DNA of 64,000 bases from NCBI GenBank assembly GCA_965223005.1, contig CBDCVK010000002.1, positions 384,001 to 448,000 of the forward strand, read 5' to 3'. Below the pieces are notes generated by a model. That model was not told the DNA's origin, did no database searches, and saw nothing but the letters and a program-made list of their open reading frames with translations. Position numbers and translations under genes: made by a program. Origin of the DNA: Terriglobia bacterium. GTDB taxonomy: Bacteria > Acidobacteriota > Terriglobia > JAJPHL01 > JAPKYU01. Below are positions 33,972 to 44,048 of the stretch, in pieces; position 1 is the stretch's first letter, and each line of letters starts with the position of its first letter.

Positions 33972-35410
33972 GAGAGTGTCTCACCTTTAGTTGAAAGTCG
34001 AGCGGCGGTTCGCTGACCTGGTTCCGTAGAATCGGGTTGGGAAACTTTCTGGAAAGGGGAACCGCCGTGCAGAGAAGCTACCACATCCTAGGCCGGAGCG
34101 ATAGCCGAAGCTCCCGCAAACTGGCTGCCTACCTGGCTCGCCACGGGCAGTTTCTGCTGCCCTGGGTGGAGTTGATCGAACAATCGCGGTTAGCCGTCGA
34201 CGAGCTGATCGACGTGGTGGGTAGGGCGGCGATTGAAGCGGTGCTGGAGTTGTCGGCCGCGCAGGTGGCCGGTCCACGCCGTCAGGGCCGGCGGCGCCGT
34301 GGGGTAGGCTGGTATGGGCGCCAGCGGGGACGGGTGCGCCTGAAGGAGAGAAAGCTGGCCGTGCACAGGCCACGGCTCCGGCGGCCAGGCCGGGGAGCGG
34401 GGAAAGAAGTTCCCCTCCCGGCCTACGAAGCCATGCAGGAGGGCGAGGGTCTGGGGGCCCGGATGTTGGATATCTTGCTGCGGGGCGTCTCGACCCGGCA
34501 GTACCAGCGGGTGTTGCCGGAGATGGCGGACACCGTGGGTGTGTCGCGCTCCACGGTCAGCCGGGAAACGATGGAGGCTGCCGCAGCCGAGTTAGAACGT
34601 CTGTTGAACCGCCGCTTCGAGGAAGTAGAGTTGCTGATCCTCTACATCGACGGGATGGTGTTTGGCGACCATCACGTGATTGCGGCTGTGGGCGTGGATG
34701 CGGAAGGGCACAAGCACGTGCTGGGGATTCAGGAGGGGGCTACGGAGAACGCCGCGGCCGTCCAGGACTTGCTGGAAGGTTTAGTGCGGCGAGGGGTGCA
34801 GCCGGCCCAGAAACGGCTGTTTGTGATCGACGGCTCGAAGGCCTTGCGGGCGGCGATCCGCGCCGTGTTCGGGGCCGAGCAGCCGGTGCAGCGCTGCCGC
34901 GCCCACAAGTTGCGCAACGTCCTGGACCGGTTGCCGGAGCCAGAGCGGGACCAGGTGCGGGCGGCGATGCGGGCCGCCTGGCGGTTGGATCCGAAGACCG
35001 GCAGGGCCAAGCTGGAGAAGTTGGCCCAATGGTTGGAGCGAGATTGTCCGGCCGCGGCGGCCAGCTTGCGGGAGGGTCTGGAGGAATGTTTCACCATCAA
35101 CCGGCTGGGGCTTCCGGCTTCGCTGCATCGCTGTCTGGCCACCACCAATCTCATCGAGAGTCCGCAGGCGGGAGTGAGGTTGCGAACTCGCCGGGTGTGC
35201 CGCTGGCGGGATGCGGCCATGGTCCAGCGCTGGGTCGCCTCCAGCTTCCTGGCCACGGAGAAAAACTTCCGCCGCCTGATGGGGTACCAGGACCTGTGGA
35301 TGTTGAAAGCGATCCTCGAAGGATCAAAGTCGGCCACTCGACGGGAGGTGGCGTAGTATGATGGCTCCGAACCGCCGCTACGAACTTTCAACTGAGTTCA
35401 GGACACCCTC
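33972..35410 (+). mobile_element. IS256-family insertion sequence
   Basis: Imperfect TIRs GAGAGTGTCTCACCTTTAGTTGAAAGT / ACTTTCAACTGAGTTCAGGACACCCTC; TSD GTTTTCTG at 33964-33971 and 36025-36032. Confidence 0.95.
34067..35356 (+). CDS. IS256-family (Mutator) DDE transposase
   Basis: GVSTR, YIDG, VIDG, QRCRAH (CxxH), TTNLIES. Confidence 0.95.
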   Translation: MQRSYHILGRSDSRSSRKLAAYLARHGQFLLPWVELIEQSRLAVDELIDVVGRAAIEAVLELSAAQVAGPRRQGRRRRGVGWYGRQRGRVRLKERKLAVHRPRLRRPGRGAGKEVPLPAYEAMQEGEGLGARMLDILLRGVSTRQYQRVLPEMADTVGVSRSTVSRETMEAAAAELERLLNRRFEEVELLILYIDGMVFGDHHVIAAVGVDAEGHKHVLGIQEGATENAAAVQDLLEGLVRRGVQPAQKRLFVIDGSKALRAAIRAVFGAEQPVQRCRAHKLRNVLDRLPEPERDQVRAAMRAAWRLDPKTGRAKLEKLAQWLERDCPAAAASLREGLEECFTINRLGLPASLHRCLATTNLIESPQAGVRLRTRRVCRWRDAAMVQRWVASSFLATEKNFRRLMGYQDLWMLKAILEGSKSATRREVA

Positions 35411-36024
35411 GGGGATTCAGGAGGGGGCTACGGAGAACGCCGCGGCCGTCCAGGACTTGCTGGAAGGTTTAGTGCGGCGAGGGGTGCAGCCAGCCCAGAC
35501 GGCTGTTTGTGATCGACGGCTCGGCCTTCGATCCGCGCCGTGTTCGGGGCCGAGCAGCCGGTGCAGCGCTGCCGCGCCCACAAGTTGCGCAACGTCCTAG
35601 TTGCCGGAGCCAGAGCGGGACCAGGTGCGGGCGGCGATGCGGGCCGCCTGGCGGACCCAGGGAGCTGGAGAAGTTGGCCCAATGGTTGGAGCGAGATTGT
35701 CGCTTGCGGGAGGGTCTGGAGGAATGTTTCACCATCAACCGGCTGGGGCTTCCGGCTTCGCTGCATCGCTGTCGCCACCACCAATCTCATCGAGAGTCCG
35801 CAGGCGGGAGTGAGGTTGCGAACTCGCCGGGTGTGCCGCTGGCGGGATGCGGCCATGTCCAGCGCTGGGTCGCCTCCAGCTGGCCACGGAGAAAAACTTC
35901 CGCCGCCTGATGGGGTACCAGGACCTGTGGATGTTGAAAGCGATCCTCGAAGGATCAAAGTATGGCGTAGTATGATGGCTCCGAACCGCCGCTACGAACT
36001 TTCAACTGAGTTCAGGACACCCTC
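35411..36024 (+). repeat. Tandem partial duplicate of the 3' half of the IS256, with many small deletions
   Basis: Repeats sequence from about 34723 (GGGGATTCAGGAGGGGG) through the right TIR. Confidence 0.93.
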
Positions 36025-36777
36025 GTTTTCTGTCGATTGTCGGTCTTTAGAATTTGGCCATTGGCGGCATCGATCCAGTGGAACCAGCGGCTGGCGAAGC
36101 TCCGAGTCTCCACCCGGTAGAAATAGCGGCCAGTTGTGGGGTTGATCAAAAGGTCGACCTTCCGCTGCCCCCCGGGCCCGAGGTCGCGATCCACAACTCG
36201 CCGGGCGCTGGCTTGCGTGAGGCCTACTGCGCCGGTGGGAACGATGTTGGGATAGTGAGCGCCGATCACCGTGGTGATGTTGCCGCCGTTATCCCTGTAC
36301 AGCGTAATCTGCCCACCTAAGACCTCAGCTCCCCCTGCTCCGAAGACCTGCTGATAACGCTCATAGGTGAGAAAATAGCGGGAGAGGTGGAACGTCTTTA
36401 CCAATTGCATGTCGCCGGGCACGGAAAAAGCGGCGGCTTTCTGTCCGCTCAGAGCCCGGAAGCCGCTGGCGTCCGGCCCCCCCTGCGCAACGGTCGTAGC
36501 TGGCAGGCCCAGCAGTAGGGCCATGACGAGCACTGCCGGGAGCCTAAGCGTGGCCTTCTTCATGAGATGCTATCTCCAGTTCTGGGGGGGGACTGTATAG
36601 TGTTGCCGATTCTATCGAGAATCCGCATTCTTGTCGATGTCGGGGCTATCCAGTTGTTGCTAAAGTGAAATTACTATCATCCCCGGGCTAATTCCGTCAA
36701 TGGTACCAAGGGGCCAGCAGTACTCCCAAGTAGTGCTCTCCCTTTTCCAGAGTGAAGGCGGGAAGCCCGAGGAATGG

Positions 36778-38208
36778 CTAGCGCAGCATCTCAGCCGAAG
36801 CCCTGGCAAACCGCAACACCAGGCCGGGGAAGATGCCCAAATAAAAAGTAGCCACCGCGGTCAAGCCCAGCACGAAGCTGATGCTGCCGGGGACGCGCTC
36901 GACTGGCGCCTCGGTGATCGGTTCGCGCATGTACATGACCACCACCACGCGCAGGTAGTAATAGGCGGCGATGGCGCTGTTGAGCACGCCCAAAACGGTG
37001 AGCCCCACCAGATCAGCATTGAGCGCGGCGCGGAAAATGTAGAACTTGCCAAAGAAGCCGCCGGTCAGCGGGATGCCAATCAGCGACAGCAAAAAAATGG
37101 TGAGCACAGCAGCCAGCGCCGGATGGCGGTGGCCCAGCCCCGTGTAGTCCTCGATGGTGGTGTAGCGCTCGCGCTCGCTGCCGAAGTGGCTCACCACCGC
37201 GAAGGCGCCCACGTTCATGGCGCAGTAGGCGGCCAGGTAGAACAGGACCGCGGCCACCCCCAGCTCCGAGCGCGCAGCGAAAGCCACCAGCATGTAGCCG
37301 GCATGGGCGATTGAGGAGTAGGCCAGCATGCGCTTGATGTTGCTTTGCACCAGCGCCGCCAGGTTACCCACGAACATGGAGAGCACGGCCGAGATCCACA
37401 ACAGCCAGAACCAACCCCCGGCCGGCTCCAGCGCCGTCAGAAACACGCGCAGGAACACGGCGAAAGCAGCAGCCTTCGGCCCGGCTGACATGAAGGCGGT
37501 GACCGGGGTGGGCGAGCCTTCATACACGTCCGGGGTCCAGACGTGGAACGGAGCGCTGGCCACCTTGAAGCCGAAGCCGACGAACATGAGCGCCGTCGCT
37601 ACGGCTACCAGCGGGCCCGCGCCCTGGCTCTCCAGTGACGCGCGGATGCCTGTCAGGTAGGTGGTGCCGGTAGCGCCGAAAATCAGGGCGATGCCGTACA
37701 GCAGGAAGGCGGTGGCAAACGAGCCCAGCAGGAAATATTTCAGCGCCGCCTCGCTGGACTTGGCCTCACCGGGGCGGAACCCGGCCAGGATGTAGGTGGC
37801 GATCGAGGAAATCTCCAGGCCCAGAAAGATCGTGATCAGCTCCACCGAGGCTGCCATCAGACACTGGCCGACAATCGAGAGCAGCACCAGCGCGTAATAT
37901 TCGCCGTGGTGGATCGCGTCGCGCTCCAGGTACTGGAAGGAGGAGAAGACCACCAGAATGCCGATCAGGATGAACAGGACGCGGAAGAAGATGGCGAACC
38001 AGTCGTTGACGATCTGGTCGCTGAAAGCCGGCCCCAAATAGCCCGTCTGTACGACTGCTCCGACCAGCGCCGCCAGCAGCCCGACCACGGCCACGTAGCC
38101 TAGCTTGCGCTTCTGGCGCACAAACGGCTCGGCCAGCATGATGGCGATGCCGAACACCGCCAGGACGGCTTCGGGCAGCAGGCGCAGAAGTTGGAGGCCG
38201 TAGTCCAT
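36778..38208 (-). CDS. nuoN: NADH-quinone oxidoreductase subunit N
   Basis: EAALKYF, FKVASAPFH.W.PDVYEG, KRMLAYSSIAH. Confidence 0.96.
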   Translation of the reverse strand: MDYGLQLLRLLPEAVLAVFGIAIMLAEPFVRQKRKLGYVAVVGLLAALVGAVVQTGYLGPAFSDQIVNDWFAIFFRVLFILIGILVVFSSFQYLERDAIHHGEYYALVLLSIVGQCLMAASVELITIFLGLEISSIATYILAGFRPGEAKSSEAALKYFLLGSFATAFLLYGIALIFGATGTTYLTGIRASLESQGAGPLVAVATALMFVGFGFKVASAPFHVWTPDVYEGSPTPVTAFMSAGPKAAAFAVFLRVFLTALEPAGGWFWLLWISAVLSMFVGNLAALVQSNIKRMLAYSSIAHAGYMLVAFAARSELGVAAVLFYLAAYCAMNVGAFAVVSHFGSERERYTTIEDYTGLGHRHPALAAVLTIFLLSLIGIPLTGGFFGKFYIFRAALNADLVGLTVLGVLNSAIAAYYYLRVVVVMYMREPITEAPVERVPGSISFVLGLTAVATFYLGIFPGLVLRFARASAEMLR

Positions 38209-38210
38209 GT

Positions 38211-39815
38211 TCAGCGCTTCAATGTCTCAACTGCGGGCTCAACCGCTGGCTCAACTGCTGGCTCAACTGCTTGCTCAACCGCCGGCCCAACTGCCGGCTC
38301 AATCGGCAATGAATCAAGCAATAAAACGTGGTGACGCCCCGCATCGGCTTCTTTCAGAATCCGCTTGGTAGCGCCATCCATCTTGTTCATGAACATCGGC
38401 GAAGCGATCCCCATCCACAGCATCAATGCCAAAGCTGGCACCAGGACGAATTTTTCACGCAGGCTGGCGTCCGGCAGCGTCCGGTTCGCTTCCAGGGTGA
38501 CCTCGCCAAAGAAGACCCGCTGGTACATCCACAGCATGTAAGCAGCCGCCAAAATTACCCCAACGGCGGCCACGTAAGCGTAAAGCGGGCGCGCCTGGTA
38601 GGCGCCCAACAGCACCAGGAACTCGCCGACAAAGTTGTTGAGCATCGGCAGGCCGATGCTGGACAGCGTCGTGAACAGGAAGAAGCTGGAGAGCACCGGG
38701 AGGGGCGTGGCTAGGCCCCCAAACTCGCTGATCAGATGCGTGTGGCGCCGGTCGTAGAGCATGCCCGCCAGCAAGAACAGAGCGCCGGTCGAGACGCCGT
38801 GGTTCAGCATCTGGTAAACGGCGCCATCCAGCGCCTGTTGGTTGAAAGAGAAAATGCCTAGCACCACAAATCCCAGGTGGCTCACCGAACTATAGGCCAC
38901 CAACTTCTTCAGGTCGGGCTGCACCATGGCTACCAGCGCGCCGTAGATGATGCCGATCAGCGCGAGAACAACAATGGGCATAGCGAGCGCGCGTGAGGCT
39001 TCCGGGAGCAACGGCAAGCAGAAACGAGCCAGCCCGTAGGTGCCCATCTTCAGCAGCACCCCAGCCAGAATCACCGACCCGGCCGTGGGCGCTTCCACGT
39101 GCGCGTCCGGTAGCCACGTGTGTAGCGGAAACAGCGGAACCTTGATGGCGAAGGCCAGGAAAAACGCCAGGAACAGCCAGACCTGTTGCGAGCCCTGTAA
39201 GAGGAACTCGCCCTCCTGCATCCCGTCTAGAATCGTCGGGAGATCAAAAGTGCCGGTTGCGTTGTACAACCAGATGATGGCCACCAGCATCAGCACCGAG
39301 CCGGCGAAGGTGAACAGGAAGAATTTCACCGCCGCATAAACTCGCCGCTCGTGCCCCCACACCCCGATGATGAAGTACATGGGCACCAGCGAGACTTCCC
39401 AGAAGACGTAGAACAGAAACAGGTCCAGGGAAGCAAACACCCCGATCATGCCCGTCTCCAGAACCAGCAACAGAAAGAAGAACTCCTTCACCCGGGACTG
39501 GATCGAGCGCCAGGAAGCCAGCATGGAGATCGGGGTGAGGAAGGTGACCAACAGCACCAGCCAGAGGCTGAGGCCGTCCAATGCGATGTGGAAACGGATG
39601 GGCGGCGAAGCGATCCATGAGCGGTTCACTTCAAACTGCCAGCCCGCGTCCCCCGCTGTAAAATGAACGGCCAAGGGTAGCGAAAGCAGGAAGGTGAGCA
39701 GCGCGGCGCCGAGGGACAGCCGGCGGACCAGTTCCTTTTCACGGCCGGGCACGGCCAGCAGGGCCAGCGCGGCAGCCGCCGGTAGGAACAAGACTGTGAC
39801 CAGAAGCCAGCTCAT
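38211..39815 (-). CDS. nuoM: NADH-quinone oxidoreductase subunit M
   Basis: FYVFWE, KVPLFPLHTWLPDAHVEAPT, LLKMG, AYSSVSH. Confidence 0.96.
   Translation of the reverse strand: MSWLLVTVLFLPAAAALALLAVPGREKELVRRLSLGAALLTFLLSLPLAVHFTAGDAGWQFEVNRSWIASPPIRFHIALDGLSLWLVLLVTFLTPISMLASWRSIQSRVKEFFFLLLVLETGMIGVFASLDLFLFYVFWEVSLVPMYFIIGVWGHERRVYAAVKFFLFTFAGSVLMLVAIIWLYNATGTFDLPTILDGMQEGEFLLQGSQQVWLFLAFFLAFAIKVPLFPLHTWLPDAHVEAPTAGSVILAGVLLKMGTYGLARFCLPLLPEASRALAMPIVVLALIGIIYGALVAMVQPDLKKLVAYSSVSHLGFVVLGIFSFNQQALDGAVYQMLNHGVSTGALFLLAGMLYDRRHTHLISEFGGLATPLPVLSSFFLFTTLSSIGLPMLNNFVGEFLVLLGAYQARPLYAYVAAVGVILAAAYMLWMYQRVFFGEVTLEANRTLPDASLREKFVLVPALALMLWMGIASPMFMNKMDGATKRILKEADAGRHHVLLLDSLPIEPAVGPAVEQAVEPAVEPAVEPAVETLKR
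38228..38302 (-). repeat. 12-bp coding tandem repeat (EPAV)n at the nuoM 3' end
   Basis: About 6 units of consensus TCAACTGCTGGC encoding EPAVGPAVEQAVEPAVEPAVEPAVE. Confidence 0.85.
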
Positions 39816-39816
39816 C

Positions 39817-41763
39817 CTATCTCGCCCACAAGCTCATAAAGCTGATAACGGCCAGCACGCCGATCACAACCCAGCCGGCGTAGCTGCGGATGTTGCCTGA
39901 CTGCACGCGCCGCACCGAAGCGCCCAGGCCGCGAGTACTGCTGGCCAAGCCATTCACCGCCCCGTCAATCACGGCCACATCCATGACCCGCCACAGGAAC
40001 CGGGTCGAGCCCACGACGAGAGGCCTCACGATGGCAGCCTGGTAGGCTTCATCTACGTAGTACTTGTTCAGCACCAGGCTGTAGAGCCTACCGGCGGCAT
40101 CGGCGGCACGCTGCGCCAGCGCCGGCCGCCGCACGTAAAGCAGGTAGGCCAGGCCAATGCCGGAGAGCCCGACCAGGATCGCCACCACCGTCAGCATCCG
40201 TTCCAGCCCGAGATGCTCGCCTGCCGCGGCCGCCGGAATCGCGCCGGCCGAAGTGCGGAAGACCGGCTCCAGAAAAGCTTCGAAGCGGTTGTGGCCGCCC
40301 AGGGCGTGCGGCCAGCCGATCCAGCCGCCAATCACCGAGAGCACTCCCAGGATCATCAGCGGCACGGTCATCGCTGGCGGCGACTCGTGGGGGTGGTGCG
40401 CGGCCTCGCTGCGCGCCTCCCCGTGGAACGTCAGGAAAAAGAGGCGGAAGACGTAGAACGCGGTCATCCCAGCGGTCACCGCACCCAGCAGCCAGAGAGC
40501 CCAATGCCCGTAGGCAGAAGCCGCCGGGGTGGTCTTCCACAGAATTTCGTCTTTGCTGAAGAAGCCGGCCGTCAGTGGGAAGCCCGAGATCGCCAGCGAG
40601 GCGGCCAGGAAGCTCCAGTAGGTGTAAGGCACAAAGCGCTTGAGCCCTCCCATGCGGCGGAGGTCTTGCTCGCCCCCCACTGCGTGAATGACGCTGCCTG
40701 CGCCCAGGAACAGCAGCGCCTTAAAAAAGGCGTGGGTAATCAGGTGGAAGATGCCGGCGCCGAAGGCAGCCACGCCGCAGGCCAGGAACATGTAGCCAAG
40801 CTGGCTGATGGTGGAGTAGGCCAGGACGCGCTTGATATCTGTCTGCACCAGTCCGATGGTTGCGGCAAAGAGCGCGGTCAGGCAGCCGATGAGGGCGACG
40901 GCAAATAAAGCCAGCGGCGCGTGCGTGAACAGCACGTGGGAGCGCGCGACCATGTAGACGCCGGCGGTCACCATGGTGGCGGCGTGAATCAGCGCGCTGA
41001 CCGGCGTGGGGCCCTCCATGGCGTCCGGCAGCCAGACGTAGAGTGGCAGCTGCGCCGACTTGCCGGTAGCCCCCACCAGCAGCAGCAGGCAAATCGCGGT
41101 GAGCATCCCTGGCGCGGCCACCGATTCCACTGGCATCTCTGCGGCCTGCCGAAAAACCCAGTCAAAATCCAGGCTGCCCAGTAGCCAGAACATGGTAATG
41201 AGCGCCAGGATGAAGCCGAAGTCGCCCACCCGGTTGACGAGGAACGCCTTCTTGCCGGCGTCGGCCGCAGATTTTCGAATGAAGAAAAAGCCGATCAAAA
41301 GGTAGGAGCACAGACCCACGCCTTCCCAACCGACGAACATCAGCAGGTAATTGCTGGCCAGGATCAGCGTGAGCATAAAAAACATGAACAGGTTCAGGTA
41401 GGCAAAGAAGCGGTAGTAGCCCTCTTCGTGCGCCATGTAGCCCACTGAGTAGATGTGGATGAGCAAACCCACGCCGGTCACCATCAGCATCATCACTGCG
41501 GAAAGCTGGTCGAGGTAGAGGGAAAAGTCCACCCGGAAGGCGCCGGCCACAATCCAGGTCGTGAGCCGTTCCAGTTCGGGTGTCGGATTTGGCTCGTACC
41601 AGAGGAAAAAGGTGCGGAAGGCCCAAACGCAGGAGAGGGCGGCGCTGCCGACGCCGACCGTGCTGACGAAGCGGCGGGAACGGCTGCGGCCAAGCAGGCC
41701 GTTTACAACCGCACCTAGCAGGGGCAGCAGCGGGATCAGCCAGAGGTGGTAAGAACCGGGCAA
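39817..41763 (-). CDS. nuoL: NADH-quinone oxidoreductase subunit L
   Basis: GWEGVG, NRVGD, GKSAQLPL..WLPDAMEGPTPVSALIHAATMV, HAFFKA. Confidence 0.97.
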   Translation of the reverse strand: MPGSYHLWLIPLLPLLGAVVNGLLGRSRSRRFVSTVGVGSAALSCVWAFRTFFLWYEPNPTPELERLTTWIVAGAFRVDFSLYLDQLSAVMMLMVTGVGLLIHIYSVGYMAHEEGYYRFFAYLNLFMFFMLTLILASNYLLMFVGWEGVGLCSYLLIGFFFIRKSAADAGKKAFLVNRVGDFGFILALITMFWLLGSLDFDWVFRQAAEMPVESVAAPGMLTAICLLLLVGATGKSAQLPLYVWLPDAMEGPTPVSALIHAATMVTAGVYMVARSHVLFTHAPLALFAVALIGCLTALFAATIGLVQTDIKRVLAYSTISQLGYMFLACGVAAFGAGIFHLITHAFFKALLFLGAGSVIHAVGGEQDLRRMGGLKRFVPYTYWSFLAASLAISGFPLTAGFFSKDEILWKTTPAASAYGHWALWLLGAVTAGMTAFYVFRLFFLTFHGEARSEAAHHPHESPPAMTVPLMILGVLSVIGGWIGWPHALGGHNRFEAFLEPVFRTSAGAIPAAAAGEHLGLERMLTVVAILVGLSGIGLAYLLYVRRPALAQRAADAAGRLYSLVLNKYYVDEAYQAAIVRPLVVGSTRFLWRVMDVAVIDGAVNGLASSTRGLGASVRRVQSGNIRSYAGWVVIGVLAVISFMSLWAR

Positions 41764-41784
41764 ACTCTTTGTTGCCTCTTCCGT

Positions 41785-41832
41785 GTAACGGCAAGCCTTA
41801 GCCTGCCGGATGGCGCCCTGAAGGCCGCCACC
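41785..41832 (+). repeat. Degenerate GTAG-type REP doublet
   Basis: GTAACGGCAAGCCTTAGCCTGCC...GGCGCCCTGAAGGCCGCCAC resembles the reverse complement of 48135-48188. Confidence 0.6.
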
Positions 41833-41835
41833 CCG

Positions 41836-42138
41836 TCAGAACTTCATCATCTCCAGATCGTCTACATTCAGCGAGTCGCGGTTGCGGAACACGGTGATGA
41901 TGATCGCCAGACCGACCGCAGCCTCGGCGGCGGCCACCACCATGACGAAGAACACAAAGACCTGGCCGCTGAGCTCCTCCAGCAGGTAAGAAAAGGCGAC
42001 GAAGCTGAGGTTTACCGCGTTCAGCATCAGCTCAATGGACATGAAAATGGTGATGATATTGCGCTTGAACAGAAATCCCGCCACCCCCAGCGCGAACAAC
42101 ACGGCGCTCAGCAGCAGGTACCAGGAGATGGGCACCAT
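41836..42138 (-). CDS. nuoK: NADH-quinone oxidoreductase subunit K
   Basis: [21 protein letters not shown]. Confidence 0.97.
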   Translation of the reverse strand: MVPISWYLLLSAVLFALGVAGFLFKRNIITIFMSIELMLNAVNLSFVAFSYLLEELSGQVFVFFVMVVAAAEAAVGLAIIITVFRNRDSLNVDDLEMMKF

Positions 42139-42149
42139 CAGCGTTTCCT

Positions 42150-42647
42150 CTATTGTTTCCTCTGGGCCAGCACTACCGCTCCCATGATCGCCACCAGGAT
42201 GAGCACCGAGGTGACCTCAAACGCCAGCAGGTACTCGTCAAACAGCAGCCTGCCGATGTCTCTTGTGCCTCCGACGAAGGTGCCGAAGGTCGACACTTGC
42301 GTGTACTCCCGGTGCAGCAGGCGCGCGAACTGGACCAGGAACAGCAGGATCAGCAAGACCAACGGCAGCCCCAAGAACCTCGCCAGCAACGACCGGTTCG
42401 TGCGCACCTCCTCGCCAGCGTTCAGCAGCATGATCACGAACACGAACAGCACCATGATGGCCCCGGCGTACACAATCACCTGCACCGCGGCGATAAACTC
42501 GGCGCCCAGCAGCAGGTAGAGCACGGCCAGAGCGCCCATGACGCCGATCAGCGACAGGGCGCTATAAATGGGATGGCGCGAGAGCAGCAGGTTCAGAGCC
42601 GCCCCTATGGCGATTCCGGCGAAAATCAGAAACAGCAGTTTTTCCAT
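42150..42647 (-). CDS. nuoJ: NADH-quinone oxidoreductase subunit J
   Basis: [28 protein letters not shown]. Confidence 0.96.
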   Translation of the reverse strand: MEKLLFLIFAGIAIGAALNLLLSRHPIYSALSLIGVMGALAVLYLLLGAEFIAAVQVIVYAGAIMVLFVFVIMLLNAGEEVRTNRSLLARFLGLPLVLLILLFLVQFARLLHREYTQVSTFGTFVGGTRDIGRLLFDEYLLAFEVTSVLILVAIMGAVVLAQRKQ

Positions 42648-42681
42648 TTCGCGCTTCCGTGATCTACGAAGATCTACGAAA

Positions 42682-43935
42682 TTAGGCCCGCAGCGCCACG
42701 ATGAGCCCGGTGATCAGAATATTGACCGCCGCCACCGGCAGCAGCAATTTCCAGCCAATGGTCATTAACTGGTCATAGCGGAAGCGCGGGATGCTCCACC
42801 GCACCCATATAAAAAACAAAAGGAAGACCAGCACTTTAGAGGAAAACCAGAACAGCGGTTCGGCCGCGCGCGCAAACCAGTCATTGAGAAAACCCAGCCC
42901 GATCCCCGCCAGCGCCAGACCCAGCGCCGCGACCACCAGCAACCCCAGGGATTGGCTGCTGACGGACTCGCTGGTCAGGATGGCGGCTTTTGTCCTGCGC
43001 AGCTTGCTCTCCACGGTCTTTCGCTGGAAGCTCCGTCCCACCGTCCACAGGATGGCGCCCGCGACACCCAACAGCACGACCAGAGGCACGTAGCGCAGCC
43101 CATCCCAGGGTAGGGGCCGCAGCCAGCCGCCGAAGAACAGGATGGTAGTCACCGCCGAGGCCGTCACCATGTGGGCGTATTCGGCGGTGAAAAACATGGC
43201 GAATTTCAGGCTGCTGTACTCGGTGTGAAAGCCGGCCACCAACTCGGTTTCCGCTTCCGCCAGGTCGAAGGGCAGACGGTTGGTTTCGGCGAAGGCCGCG
43301 GTGAGAAACGCAAAGAAAGCAATAGCTTGCGGCCAAATGTTCCACTTAGGGATGAAGCCCAGCCAAAAGCCTGACTGGCCATCGACGATGCCCCGCAGGC
43401 TCAGCGTTCCGGAGAGAATCAGCACGCCGATGACGGCAAAACTCATGGCCAGCTCGTAGCTGATCATCTGGGCTGAGCTGCGCAGACCGCCCAGCAACGA
43501 GTACTTGCTCCCGGAGGACCAGCCGGCCAGCGCCACGCCGTAGACCCCCAACGAGGTGACAGCCAGCACAAACAGCAGCCCAATGTTCAGGTCGGTAACC
43601 TGCATCCAGATCTTGTAGCCACCAATCTCCACCTGGGGACCGAAGGGGATGACGGCGATGGACATCAACGCCAGCGCCACCGCCAGGAAGGGCGCTAGGA
43701 AGTAAAGCGGCCGGTCCGCCTGAGCCGGCGTCGTGTCCTCCTTGAAGATGAATTTCAACACGTCGGCCAGCGGCTGCAAAAGCCCGTGGGGGCCGACGCG
43801 ATACGGGCCCCAGCGCGACTGAATGTGCGCGGCAACCTTGCGCTCGACCCAAACCACATAGGCCAGCAACGTCAGCAGGACAAACAGCACCACCGAGATT
43901 TTCAGTAACGTGACGATAAGGAAGGAGCCGCTCAT
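42682..43935 (-). CDS. nuoH: NADH-quinone oxidoreductase subunit H
   Basis: ERK..A..Q.R.GP.RVGP.GLLQ, QMISYE, RLPFDL.EAE.ELVAG, PRFRYDQL. Confidence 0.96.
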   Translation of the reverse strand: MSGSFLIVTLLKISVVLFVLLTLLAYVVWVERKVAAHIQSRWGPYRVGPHGLLQPLADVLKFIFKEDTTPAQADRPLYFLAPFLAVALALMSIAVIPFGPQVEIGGYKIWMQVTDLNIGLLFVLAVTSLGVYGVALAGWSSGSKYSLLGGLRSSAQMISYELAMSFAVIGVLILSGTLSLRGIVDGQSGFWLGFIPKWNIWPQAIAFFAFLTAAFAETNRLPFDLAEAETELVAGFHTEYSSLKFAMFFTAEYAHMVTASAVTTILFFGGWLRPLPWDGLRYVPLVVLLGVAGAILWTVGRSFQRKTVESKLRRTKAAILTSESVSSQSLGLLVVAALGLALAGIGLGFLNDWFARAAEPLFWFSSKVLVFLLFFIWVRWSIPRFRYDQLMTIGWKLLLPVAAVNILITGLIVALRA

Positions 43936-44048
43936 CCCCTAAGATATGCCTTGCGCCGGTCAGCTATGCTTTGCTCCGGGTTTCACCGGCCGCCGACCGA
44001 CTCCGCAAGCTCGCCGGCTCTGCATCGGCAAATCCGCCTGCAACGCTA

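Larger units (their letters stand above)
32607..36563 (-). pseudogene. M4 (thermolysin-like) metallopeptidase with CARDB-like and Cys-rich tail, interrupted by IS256
   Basis: N-part 36563-36025 has signal and propeptide; C-part 33971-32607 has HEATH, GALNESFSD, GGVHTNSG; removing the IS restores frame (RQKT|YDYRN). Confidence 0.92.

Noticed and set aside
33972-36024. Composite transposon or a second distinct IS
   Set aside because: The second part has no left TIR and no cargo; it is a partial copy of the same element
42661-42680. GATCTACGAA x2 as a scar of nuoI loss
   Set aside because: A simple 10-bp duplication with no nuoI-like (CxxCxxCxxxCP) remnant
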